Positions 22,524 through 35,400 of a stretch of 64,000 nt of DNA are shown piece after piece. The DNA is from Lepidodermella squamata (Eukaryota > Animalia > Gastrotricha). The position numbers and the translations under genes were made by a program. Position 1 is the stretch's first letter. Every line of letters begins with the position of its first letter. Location: assembly GCA_047495785.1 (NCBI GenBank), contig JBLDXI010000029.1, forward strand, positions 62,001-126,000. Reading direction: 5' to 3'. The notes beneath the pieces were generated by a model, which ran no database searches, was not told where the DNA came from, and was given only the letters and a program-made list of their open reading frames with translations.

Positions 22524-25500
22524 TTATTGCTGTTGTGGTGGCAGGTGGTGGCGAGGCTGTTGCTGTTGCTGTTGCAGTTGGAGTTGAAGCCGATCGGCGT
22601 GCGAGCCGACGACGTGCTTCTGGCGCTGGCTGGACGTTGCGAAGCGCGCATCGCAGTGCGGACACGCGTAGGGCGCGGCGCCCGTGTGCCGGCGCAGGTG
22701 CACGACGAGGGCGGCGCGCGAGCCGAGCGCCGCCTTGCACACGTGGCACACGTAGGACGCGCGCTCGGCGGCGGGCACGTGCGTCGCCTGGTGGCTCGTG
22801 AGCGCGCTCTTGAGGCGGAACGCGCGGCCGCACTGCTCGCACCGGAACGGCACCTCGCCCGTGTGCGTCCGCTCGTGGCGCAGGCAGTCGCTGCGCTTCG
22901 CAAACGCCCGTCCGCAGAAGCGGCACTGCAGCGCACTGGCAGCGGCGACAGCGACCACCGTCGATGACGCACCGTCATCCACATCCTCCTCCTCGGCCTG
23001 GACATCGTCGCATTCATCAACAGACCTCGCTTCTACAGCTCCGCCTCCAACCGAGTCTTGTTGCCTGGGCTCTGGCACAGTCAAATTGATGGTCTGGTTG
23101 TTGTTGTGGCTGCCGACTTGCGATGCAGTTGCTGCCGATGCCGTCGCCACCGTCACCGCCGACGACGTGGCTCGGCATGTCGTAGCGTGTAGGCGCAACA
23201 ATGCGGCGCTGCTCAGGTGCCGGTTGCAAGTCGGGCACGAAAATGCCGATCGGTCGCGGTGCATGTCACCCATGTGCCTGAAACACCAGCGAAAATTCCA
23301 AATTAGTTAAGCTGTACATAACTAAGATTCATTTATGCAACGGTGGGTCTAGAAAGTTGAGCTTGCAACGAATGTCTCACTAATGATCTTAGTTGCTACC
23401 AGCCAGCTTACATCTTTTTACTTCCCATGCCTCACTTTGTGCGATACCTACCAATGTTCAGCTATTGGAACCTTTTTGTTTTGTGAGGACCTACTGCAAA
23501 AGTTCATAAAGCGAGAGAAACTCTATGTTGGTCGCAGAAGGTTTCAAGATTATTGTCAGTATTTCGAAACTTGTCGTTCAATGAGAAAATTGCCAGATCT
23601 CGTGATTTCCAATGCACCCGTATAAGAGACTACTTTCAAGACCAATTGTAAGCTATGCCACTTAGATAAGAGCCAGCCCTGTAATTTCGATTGATCTCTA
23701 CCGCTGTCGTCTGAGGTAGCCAATTAAATTGAAGGCCGACTATACTTTCGGGCGTACGGTAGCTTCCAATGCTGATCACTGTGGTTGTGTTTGCTACTGA
23801 TACTTCCCAGTCATTTCCGATTTTCCTAACTATAATACCTCCTGAAGTTTTCGAAAACTCAAGCCCATGCTGAAACAATGAAACTATTACTTCGAAATGA
23901 TTTACCTCGCAATAGCTTGCCGGCTGAAGAACGCGGCGCCGCACAACGTGCACCGAAACTCGACGCCGTTGCTGCTGACGTGGCTCGTACTCTGCGCCGC
24001 CACCTGATGATGCAGCTGCTGTTGCTGCTGATGCTGGCTATCGGCAGTTTGGAACGCCCAATGCGGCTGATAGTGCTGTACCTGTTGTTGTTGCTGCTGA
24101 TGCTGCTGTAGGGCATGGTGACCGTTCTCAAATTGCTGCTGATGGCGTTGGTGGTGGAAAGCCGCTTGCCGACTCGCATCATCCGCCGTCAGAATGGTCG
24201 GCACTTCTTGCCTCGCCGCCAACCGTTCGAGCAAACCGAGTCCAGTCTCATCATCGTCATCATCATCATCATTACCATCGTCGAGCGTGTTGTCACGTGT
24301 CGTAGGGTCGTTGTCGTTGTCGTCATCGTCATCGCCCAGCAGTGAATCTGATCGGTGGTGAGGCAATGCGGCCTGCTGTGTGTTGAGCGAAGGTGCAGCC
24401 GATGGCCGCGGCGGCGGCAGAGGAGGTAATGGCGCAGGTGGTGGCAACAGCGACAACTCAGGCAGCGTGACGGCGCCATCCACCTCACCAGCAGCAGCCG
24501 CCGCCGCCATCGTAGTCGCCGATGTCGGCGATGAGGCGCTGCGGAACACGCGGAAGTCGTCGACATCGGCGGCGGCGGCGAGCAGGTCGGGGCTGGGCAT
24601 GGGGCGCATCATCATCGCCGCCGTCGCAGCGTCGTTGGCGGCCGACGACAACAAGAGCGAGCGTTCGAAGGCGTCGGCGCACGCCAGGTCGTGGCGCGCG
24701 TGCGTGCGGATGTGGTTGCGCAGGACGGCGAACATGGCGAACGCCTTGCCGCACACCTGGCACATGTAGAGCCGCGCGCCCGAGCCGTGCGCCGACTCGA
24801 CGTGATACCGCAGGTGGTCCGTCTTCTTGTACGCCTTCGGGCACTGCGAGCACGCGTACTTGCGCGTCGGATCCGCCGGCCGAGCCACAGCAACTGCTAC
24901 TGCTGATGCTGAAGACGCCAGACCCGTCGATTGCTGGTTGTTGTTATTCATCGTGACAATGGCCTGTTGACGAGACGATGATGTTACTGCTATTGATGGC
25001 AGTGGCTGCTGCTGCTGCTGCTGAACCATCACTACTTGTTGTTGCTGCTGCGATGGCTGCTGCTGTTGCTCGTAGACGTAGTAGTGCTGAACGGCCTGGT
25101 GCATGCCAGCAGACTGCAGGTCCTCAATCGACTTCTTCGCAGTCGTCGACTCACCGCCGTTCGCCGACCTAAAACACGAACAATACAATAAATGTCATTA
25201 GTTGCATCAATATTTTCGATTTTTTGTTTTAAAATAACTTGATTTTTCTCTCTTCTAAAACACGCGTTCTCACGTTAACTTTTAGCTGAAAAAAATGAAT
25301 GGAAACTATGATGAAAATAACAACGATGTAGTTGAGGAATCGATTGAAAGCCGAATGCCCGCGATGGAGGCTGAAATTGCCGAACTTCGCGCTAAAAATC
25401 ATGTGATCCAGGAGGTGCTCAACGAACACGGGCGTCGACTCAGCATCGCGCCGAAAATTAAATCTGGCGAGCTTCCCCGTTAATCTCAATACCCGACTCC

Positions 25501-28500
25501 TCGCGAGAGAGCTTCGGACCTCTTCAACCTGGTTTCAAGTTGGATGCCCCTACTCTGCGGCCACCTAATGGCGTGCCGCCGCTTTGGTACGCAACGTCAA
25601 AACTAGGATGGTAACTTTTGATAACACGCAGTATACATGCTACTATCCGAATCGGAAGCGATAAACGTCATGTATCAAGACTGAGCGAAGTATACGAGCA
25701 TTTTCTGAGGCAATACGGCGTTTGGGTGTCGCAAAATCGCTCTTATCACAAACAAGTTATGCCCAAGTACCTGTTGAGCACGTAGAGCAGATAAGTCAGG
25801 ATTGTGCAAATGTTTTTCAAATTTTTCGTTTTTTTATGAATGATAATGTGAATTGAATAAACATGGACCGTTGTCTGGAAATTTGTCAGGATCATCCTTT
25901 GGTTCAATCGGTAGTAGAAAATCCTAATTTGGACGGATTCGAGTGGCGGCGGATTATACAACTTTCACTGTTTCATTTAATAATTCAATCTCAATTACTA
26001 TCGATTCTATCGAAAACGCTCTCTAAACTGATTGATTCGCTTACACCTCTGACTGAAAATAAACTTATTGTTAGCGAGTGTGCGTTGCGGTAGTCCGAAA
26101 AGGTCAGGAAATTATGCCTCATCAATTTTACACACGCGACAAAGGTACTTGACTCAAATTTTAAACCTAATTGAAAGAATTTTTTACTCACTTCAAAACC
26201 AGAATGAAAATCTGGTTAAATGAGTGGTAGGTTGCTTCGAACCATGTTATCATCATAGACATACGTATACGTACCTGTGATAGCGGGCAATGTGTTCGGC
26301 TCGGTGCGAGGAGGTGCGGAAGAAGCGCGGCTGCTGGCCACTGGCCGGGTCGTTCGGGCAGTGCGGGCACGCGAAGGGACGCTGGCCCGTGTGCACGCGC
26401 AGGTGCACCTTGAGGGAGGAGGGCGACGCGAACAGGCCGCGGCACACGTGGCAGCGGTGGCGGCGCGCGGCCGGGCCGGCGTGGACGCGCGCGTGCGTCG
26501 ACAGCGTCGACTTGTTGGTGAAGCGGGCGCCGCACTGGCCGCACGCGAACGGCTTCTCGTGCGTGTGCACGCGCACGTGCCGCACGTAGTCGTTGGCGCG
26601 GCGGAAGCGCTTCGAGCAGAACGCGCAGCAGTGCAGCAGCACGCCGTTGACGCGCACGACGCGGTGCGGCCGCACCACCCGCGTGTCCGGGTCCACCACC
26701 GCCACGTTGTCAAACGCCTCCTCCACCATCATCGTCACCATCACTTCTTGCTGCTGTTGCTGCTGTTCTTGACCAGCCATGTCGACCACCAAGTTGTTGT
26801 TAGTCGCCGCCGCTGGCAGCACCACATTGCTCCTGCTTTCCAACAGTTGCACAGCCTCGAGAACATGCTCGACTTGTTCGACGACATGAGCCGTTGTCGC
26901 TGTTGTTGTCGTCGTCAGCGTCGTACTCGTCGGTTTCGGCGGCAGTACAATGCGCTGCCGTTTCCTGTTCGAAGTCGAAGTCGACTGCAGCTGGTGCTGG
27001 TGCTGCTGCGAAGAGTCTAGCAAACTTGCAGCATCTGCCGACGAGGTGAGCAGCGATGTCGATGCTGACAGTGGGTCGTTGTTGCTGTTGCCTGGGCCTC
27101 GGGCGTGGCGCAGTGTCAAATGGGCGTTGTACGTGCGCAGGCGCTTGAACGAGCACGAACACAACTGGCAGCGGTACACGTCCGGCACCGCCACGTCGTG
27201 CGGCACCCGGTGGCAACTCTGAAAAGCCACAAAACAAACATCTTTATACTGGTTAAACAATTTCGGATAATTCTACACAAAATAAGAAGGGTCCAAAGCT
27301 CAAGATTTTCCTGAAGGCGAAATGTTCATCTTAAATTGTATAAGGCTTGTGGGCATGTGGCGGAAAGTGCCCGACGATGGTTCCTAGGCATTTCAGGCAG
27401 GCCTTATAGGGCCCTCCATTATCGGCTCATGTCCTGCAACTTCGACTTGTTCGCTATCCCGCAGTGACCGCTACGCAAGAAATGCATGTACTTCCTCTAG
27501 AAAACGCACACAAGTCCAAGAACAACCGTGGTCTGTTCAAGCCACGTGCCACCTCGGACGAGTTCGGTGCCTATACAGAGCGTGGCAATTTGAAAAATTA
27601 CAAATTTGACGAATTCGGTGAAAATCGTCACGGTTGACTAGGCCTCATTCAAACAAACAAATCTTGAGACCTCAACAATTTAGAGAATCGGAAACAACTC
27701 AGATGTCAACGTCGATACATCCAAATATTTAGTTGAATAGCATGTTTTAGAAGCTCGAACGTACCTTGATGTGTGCGCGCAAGTTGCCGCGCTGCGTGAA
27801 CGAGGCGAAGCAGAACTGGCAGTGGTGCGGCTTCTCGCCCGAGTGGCACAGCTTGTGCAGCTGCAGCGCTGACTTCTGGTTGAAGGCCTTGTCGCACGCG
27901 TCGCACGCAAACGGCTTCTCGCCCGTGTGGATGATCGCGTGCCGCTGCAGCAGCATCCGCGACTTGAACGCCTTGCCGCACTGCTCGCACACGTTCGCCG
28001 GCAACGCCGCGACGCGCCCGCGCGGTCTCTTCACGCTCGCCACCACCACCACCTCCGTTTCCTCCCGGTCATCCGCATCTGCATGCCCGTCAGCCTGCTG
28101 GTCATCTTGATCGGCCAATGCAGTTTCAGCGATCTGCCGAATGCCAGCCGAACCAGACGTCGACGGCATTTCCACATTTTCGTTGGTTTCAGGCGCGTCA
28201 TTTGTTGAGCCTGAAAAGAACCAAAATAAATTTCGACCTAAAGAAAGTTGCTCAGTTGTTCCTTAGTTTAGCATTTTAGATACATTTGAAGCATTATCGA
28301 CGACTTTAAGGCCCTTAAAAGTTATTTTTGCTTAAAAGTTTGGGCATTCTCTCTAATTATCGTCATTTTCTCGCAGTTTTACGCTTGGTTAACAATTTTG
28401 TTTTTGAGCCAAATAAACAAAGTTCAACATTTTAACAGAATATCTTCTAGCGGAACCAAATCGGCATCTTGCGGAACCTAACTTTAGGTAAGAAAAGGTC

Positions 28501-29843
28501 GCTTTTTGAATATTTCTACGAAATTGAGGCAATGCACGAATTCCATAGTGAAGAATGCGTCTTTTACAGGATTTTACGCTGAATTTAATGATTATTTATT
28601 TCAAATTATGCTGATAAATCATGAAAAGCTTGACAGACTCGAAAAGTGGCTTTAGGCCCATTGAAAAAAGCCAAAATTTGGTTCCGCTAAAAGTAAGACC
28701 CAAATTTTAATATCCCAGTACTCCCAACATAAACAGAAATTCAAAGATTATTACGAATCATCAAGCTTCACCTGTGAAATATTGCTCAGGTGAAACCTTC
28801 TCAGGCGGCAAAAATTCAACAAGCTTACCAGTTTTTGGCGTTACAGGTTCCTTCCGCCGGCGCTTCTGCGACGGTCGTGAGCTTTTGTCGATGAGCCGGT
28901 GCTCGGCCATGTGTTTGCGATGTTGAGCCGCGTCGCAAAACACAACGCCGCAATCGCGACATTGAAACTGCTGACTGAAAGACTGCTGCACGTTCTGGTC
29001 GCCGGTGTGGTTACGAGCCACGTGCTCGTCCAGTTCAACCTGCACGTCAAACTCGGCTAAGCAGAGTCGGCACGCCAGGGTGTCGTCGACCTGGTGGATC
29101 CGCATGTGCGAAATCAGCCCAGCGACACGAAGGAACCGTTTATCGCAGATGGGGCAACTCGAATCTGGCGTCAAATCGTGACTCGCCTCGTGCAGCACCA
29201 AATTGCGCTCAACGTTAAAGCTAGCCGAGCACGATCGGCATTTTAGAGGCTTCTCTTTGCGATGATCTGCTAAATGCCGTTTCATTTGCCGCGCCCTGCC
29301 AAACTCGGCCGAGCATCTATCACAACGATAACGACCATCTTCAAGCTGGAGCCGCGCTAATTCATCTTCTTCGCTTATCGTCAAATGTTGCTGTTCTTCA
29401 TATTGTTGCACAAACTGTATTTGAGAGCTGCCACCAGCAGCGTTTGGCGGTAAAATCAAAACTTGGTTGCCTGCTTGATTTTGATGCTTTTTCTGAAGAT
29501 CAGCCAGCGTAATGAGAGTTGAACGGTTTTGATCTGAAAGCTCGTAACCACCTTCAGTCGCTTCAAGCAACTGATCCTGCGAGATTTCGATAGTTTGTCC
29601 GTTCTCAGTTTGTACGGTAAATGGGCCCGAGACAAACTGTTGAATCGGAACTGAGCCAGCATTGTCACCAGTCAACACCAAAGTAGAAAATTGAGGTAAT
29701 ATGAGGATGGTTTCACCATCTTGAGTCGTATAAGCCGATGGGGCTATCACACCGTTAGCTGGAAAATCGCCATTGATTTGAATAAGCGACTGCAAAGAGT
29801 CAAGGGGTATTGAAGTCGTAGTGTATTCCACGACGTCCCCCAT
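22524..29843 (-). CDS. ZNF236: ZNF236-like multi-C2H2 zinc-finger protein (about 1473 aa, about 21 fingers). Exons 29843-28829, 28210-27765, 27218-26275, 25168-23906, 23277-22524
   Basis: Five exons join in frame and complete split fingers (HIK|SCH, AR|HMGDMH). The first finger cluster (SFNVERNLVLH, CPICDKRFLRVAGLISHMRIH, ACRLCLAEF) resembles the ZNF236 N-terminal fingers as recalled; orthology needs a phylogeny. Confidence 0.78.
28448..28689. mobile_element. Possible small MITE in the first coding intron of the zinc-finger gene
   Basis: Perfect 14-bp inverted repeat TAGCGGAACCAAAT (28448-28461) / ATTTGGTTCCGCTA (28676-28689), with an extra internal GCGGAACC copy. Confidence 0.45.
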
Positions 29844-30242
29844 CTCTTGAAAAAATTCACCGTTAACGTAAGACCTAAATATAATACGGCATCGCTAAAA
29901 CATACAAAGCGTTATTAGCCTGAGGGAAACTTCGCGGTACGAGTAGTAGGACGTTTAGAATTGAATAGTACAAAGCAACGAATGACATTACTAGCAGTAT
30001 GTTGATATGAGCAGATCAGAGTCCTTAGAATTCAAGCTAAAGGCTACCGAACGGCCTTTCAGTTGCGTAAAATGTTCACTAAATCAAAGCAACATTCGGT
30101 TCTTATCGTAAAAGCACTTTTCTATCAGATTTCAGATTAATATTTCTTTTCTTCTTCCGTATTTGACGGCACCGAGATTCCGCAGCTGGGAACACCCTGC
30201 CAATAGCCAATACTTTACCCGAGCGAGCTAGTTGACGCTATT

Positions 30243-30478
30243 CTGGACGATGTTTCGCCTGTAACATCCTGAAATGCTTGCCGCTTCCAATTTCGTTGGT
30301 AGAAGTGCTCTCTCAGAGGGCGCCGCTCTCAGAGGGTCAAGATTAAGGTTAAGATTAGGGTTAGGGTTATGGTTAGGTTGGGGGTAGGATGCCCTCTAAG
30401 CCATCTGAGAGGGCAATTCTACCAACCAAATTGGAAGCGGCAAGCATTCCAGGATGTTCTATGCGAAAAATTGTCCAA
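30243..30478. mobile_element. Foldback element: about 75-bp inverted arms around a degenerate TTAGGG-like tract
   Basis: AACATCCTGAAATGCTTGCCGCTTCCAATTTCGTTGGTAGAAGTGCTCTCTCAGA (from 30263) pairs with the arm ending GGATGTT at 30458, extending imperfectly about 20 bp further out. The centre reads GATTAAGGTTAAGATTAGGGTTAGGGTTATGGTTAGG. Confidence 0.7.
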
Positions 30479-31387
30479 CGCCCAACGACCTTCGACGCTT
30501 CTCTGGGTGCGATATCTGACAATTTTCGGACGATTCCTCGGTAAAGAGCGACACTCTCCTTTCCCCGTTCCCCGCCCTGAGGTCGCCACTGGATTGGATT
30601 CGATCTTTCGATCAATCGATCAAGCACCCTAAAACTCAGAACTTCGAAATGTTCCAACATTTCCATTTCCAACTTGGAATGGATTCCCCTGGAGCTTTTG
30701 ACGCAGCCTTTACAGCCCCGCATTTCTCAACTAAAATATGCACATTTTTGCTCATACATTATAAAACGCTGCAATTTTATTACAATTTATTTTTACAATT
30801 AATTATGAATGTATGACGTGAAGACAAAAATTTGTAAAAAGGCGCTATATAAGATCTACAGGTAGCATCCTGGTACCATCTGTATAACATCTGTTCACCG
30901 ATGTACTATACGGATGTACTATGCGTGTAATACGATACCAATGTACCGGTACAAGCCGCGCAGTGGTATAGAAGTGTGTTGCAGGGATAAACACTCGCTG
31001 GCCGTATGAATACATGCCTGTTAACCATACAACCATATTACTGCTTGCTGCCGGCCTATTGTACGTATGCTGCTCGCCGTTGCTATCATTACTTATTTGG
31101 CCTGTGAGAATATATCTACTGTGGTATAAATAATAGTGTAAAGGCGCAAATGTTGTAACACTAACGCTGTTTAGTTTCATGTTTTGCTAAATACTGCTGT
31201 TTTCATTTCTCTTAGCATTCAGCTTTAGCTAAATTTTGGTACTACCTAATGAAGCGTTCACAGGTGTTATGTCGCGTTTATTCCCGGAGGTTTTCCCGCT
31301 TGTTCAACGCGATTTCCTTCGAAAGCTGACCTCTTCATTAAAAAATGAAGTTGAGAATTATACCTATACCGTTCAGTTAGAGTAAAT

Positions 31388-31681
31388 AGAGTAAGAAATA
31401 TCTTGGCCGAGCGCGCGTTACCCTCCCAAAGCTGTTGTCGAAAGAACTTTCAAACATAAACAGTGCTATTCGTGTTCGTCATGACCACAACTATGATGGT
31501 CGTTTCTCAGCTGATGATTACCCGATCCTTCCGGAATCGATAACCTGTCTGGACGACATTACTCGTTTGAGGGAAGTGGCTGCTGATCGTGAGTGTTGGA
31601 AGAAGGTGGCGGATGTTGCGACCTCCTTTGGAGAGCAGTGAAATGTTTCTAAAACATGAACACTATTACTACTACTACTAC
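31388..31681 (+). mobile_element. Severely 5'-truncated RTE-like LINE 3' end with target-site duplication
   Basis: Peptide GRARVTLPKLL...LREVAADRECWKKVA resembles an RTE ORF C-terminus; (TAC)n tail; 10-bp direct repeat TAGAGTAAAT at 31378-31387 and 31682-31691. Confidence 0.65.
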
Positions 31682-32492
31682 TAGAGTAAATTAATTTAGT
31701 AGTTTGATTATTGCCTAATGCTGGTCTGAAACTACTACCAAGTTGAGTCGCGTTCAGATTGATTTTTCCAGGAAATTTTTAAATTCTACTGTTATGATGC
31801 TCCAAATCGGCCAGGTCGTTTTGGCCCTTTATGCGGTCTACAGTCAACAGCTATTCTATTTAGATTCCGGCAACCAAAAATGCTCACGACTCACGTCATG
31901 AGAGATTAACTGAACTAATAGGAATACTTGATACATAGACCACGAGTGAGCTAAGTGAGAATTTGTTTGCAAAATAACAAGTAACACTTGTAGGAAATGC
32001 ATTTTTAGCATTTCAACTCTAAGCGCTTAACCGAAGGCAGTTAGCATTTATCTGATGTTAACATGAGTGTGCGCTGCAAGCGCTTAACTCACGACCTTTT
32101 CCAGGAAAACTTCGGTTCTCACAAGATTCCGGTGGCCCTCTCAAATTTAAATTTTAATGTAAATAAAATTTACAATAAAATTGTAAGCTCATGATGGCGA
32201 TCAGCGAGCTTGTGTCTGTAAGTAAGGCGTGATGAATTGGATCGATATCGCTGCACAGATATTATCGAGAATGTCAGAATTGTGTTTGATTGAGCATAGC
32301 TGACAATTATGCTGCAGTTGAAATATCCAAACGCTAATTGTCTAGAACTAAGCTTAACAATGTTCTTACTTTTGTTTAGGACTTCGTGTAATTGATTTTT
32401 TTTATGTTACTGGTTCAGCGATTCGGTTTCTTCGAAAAACGTGGCGTATTGGTAGATAAAATGCTAATTTTTCTCGTTAATTTTTTATAGTA

Positions 32493-35400
32493 ATGAGAGC
32501 GTCGAAACGCTTCTTAAGTGGCAAGTTTATTTACGAATGATTAATTTTGTTGATAATAATTCTTTGTTTGCAGGATTTATATTACTGTTGCTAATCGGCG
32601 GAGTATTTGGGAAAATTTCGAAACCTCCTCCAAAGAAGGTGTGATTCACAGGATGATCATTATTATGAATTGACGTGAAGTGACGTGTTTTCGGCCTGAC
32701 CTTGATAATGCATGGAAACCCTACTACTGACATCTGATAATTGCTTCAAAATGAAACGGATTGAATTTGGCTGACAAAAATCGCATGAAAAAACTATGAA
32801 CATGTTAGGCGCCACAATGAACTGATTGGTGTTTTGTTTGCTGTGTTAAAGCCCTTTTGAGTGTGATCACAAGCTTTTCACCCAATAACAATAAAATTTA
32901 ACTAATTTGACCGCACGAGTGTGTTTTCAACTTGACATTCCGATTTCTTGAAGCAAAGAGAACTGATTACAAGCTATTTTCTATAACGAAATACAATACA
33001 GGAGTTGGCAACAAAACATAGCTCGCATCACAATGATAAAACCAGCATTCCTAGTGAGTTGATATCAAAACCAATAAATTGCCAGACTTTAAAAGTTATA
33101 CGCATTGCAGCAAACAACAATGCCATTCCCAGTAAGTTCACAAGCTACGCAGCCGAAATTGTGATATCAGCCACAACCGCTTCACTCCACTTTAGATTCG
33201 AAGGTTAGCAATCAGAACAGCAAGGACACGGACCAAGATGGAATTCCGGACGATTTAGACGATGACGACGATGGAGATGGAATTCTAGGTTTGTTGCTGC
33301 CGATTAACCACAACTAATGTTTACTCCCATCACTGTTTGGGTTTTACCACAATATTTCAGATGACTCATCAGGCAAGAGAAAGAAAAACACATTTTTGCT
33401 TTACCCTTTAGATTAGAGTTCTGCCTTCACAGTAGCTTTAGATCTATGACTGCTTCTTTGCGAATATTTTGCTAGCTTGAAAAACTATTTATCAAGGTGC
33501 TCATTAATACGCTTGTTCACTCGGATTTAGATCTCGACGACTGGGACGATGATGGCAACGGAATTCCTGATTTCGAGGAGCGTGACTCAGATGGTGATGG
33601 TATACCGGGTGAGTGAAATTGTAGAAGAGAATATTATCAATGCTCGGAATACTCAATTATGCTGGAGCATATTGAGAGAGATTCACCTTTTTTATTATTA
33701 TGACAACTTCAACATACTATCATAGATTTCATGGACCTCGATGACGACAATGATGGCGTTTTAGGTGAGATGATTTAATCCCGAAAAGTGAGAGTCTACA
33801 ATTTTAAACTCTTAAGACATCATTGGAGTCGATACGGATCGAGATGGCATACCAGGTTTGATGAAAAAACTGTCCATAACAGGGGAGACAAGTTCACTGA
33901 AAATGATTAGATTATTTGGACGATGACGATGATAACGACGGAATTCCAGGTAGTATATTTACTTATCAATCAAGACAATTGACGACCACAATATCTGAAC
34001 AGACGAGAAAGATGACGACGACGACGGTGACGGAAAACCAGACGCTGACGAGCGAGGTATGTTTTAGATTTAATGAAACAAAATCAAAGCAGCAGTTCAG
34101 CACTCCAACCTTAGAATTCTTGTTGAGCTTCGAATTGACGCTTTCAATGATATTTTTCAGACGCGCTAGACGACGATGATGACAACGACGGCATTTCTGA
34201 TGCCGACGAAAAGAAGGATTCGGATGGTGATGGCGTGCCAGGTAAGCGCACTTGGAACGGCTGGTTCGGGAGCGCGAGTTGCATCATTGTGTTTCTTTGT
34301 TCGCAGATTATCTCGACGACGATGATGATAACGATGGCATCCCAGATTCGCAAGACAACGATGATGATGGCGATGGCATTCCGGACGACCAGGAAGACAG
34401 CGATGGCGACGGTGTGCCAGGTTAGTTCCGGGCCGTGATGTGCAACTGCGCGTTGTGGGGAGGGCACCGTTGGGTATTGCGTTGCGAAAGGCTGAAATGT
34501 GCGGGGTTGCGAGCTTTCGAGCTTAGCCCAGCTAGGTTCGGGGATTGTCGGTTGGGTTTCACTTCCGGGCTGGCCTGCGTTTGGAATAGGTTGGCGGTAG
34601 TTCCCGGGTTGCGGGATTGAGGTTCGCTGGGAATCTCGTGCGTGCATGGCGCAGGTGGCGCTGGGTTTCGAGCTTCGAATTCTTGTTGAGCTTCGAATTG
34701 ACGCTTTCAATGATATTTTTCAGACGCGCTAGACGACGATGATGACAACGACGGCATTTCTGATGCCGACGAAAAGAAGGATTCGGATGGTGATGGCGTG
34801 CCAGGTAAGCGCACTTGGAACGGCTGGTTCGGGAGCGCGAGTTGCATCATTGTGTTTCTTTGTTCGCAGATTATCTCGACGACGATGATGATAACGATGG
34901 CATCCCAGATTCGCAAGACAACGATGATGATGGCGATGGCATTCCGGACGACCAGGAAGACAGCGATGGCGACGGTGTGCCAGGTTAGTTCCGGGCCGTG
35001 ATGTGCAACTGCGCGTTGTGGGGAGGGCACCGTTGGGTATTGCGTTGCGAAAGGCTGAAATGTGCGGGGTTGCGAGCTTTCGAGCTTAGCCCAGCTAGGT
35101 TCGGGGATTGTCGGTTGGGTTTCACTTCCGGGCTGGCATGCGTTTGGAATAGGTTGGCGGTAGTTCCCGGGTTGCGGGATTGAGGTTCGCTGGGAATCTC
35201 GTGCGTGCATGGCGCAGGTGGCGCTGGGTTTCGAGCTTCGAATTCTTGTTGAGCTTCGAATTGACGCTTTCAATGATATTTTTCAGACGCGCTAGACGAC
35301 GATGATGACAACGACGGCATTTCTGATGCCGACGAAAAGAAGGATTCGGATGGTGATGGCGTGCCAGGTAAGCGCACTTGGAACGGCTGGTTCGGGAGCG

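Noticed and set aside
158-28208. Many long overlapping and antisense ORFs rich in Arg/Ala
   Set aside because: These are expected shadows of high-GC3 exons and contain no domains.
30340-30380. TTAGGG tract as a telomere or chromosome fusion scar
   Set aside because: It is very short, degenerate, in one orientation and enclosed by inverted repeat arms.
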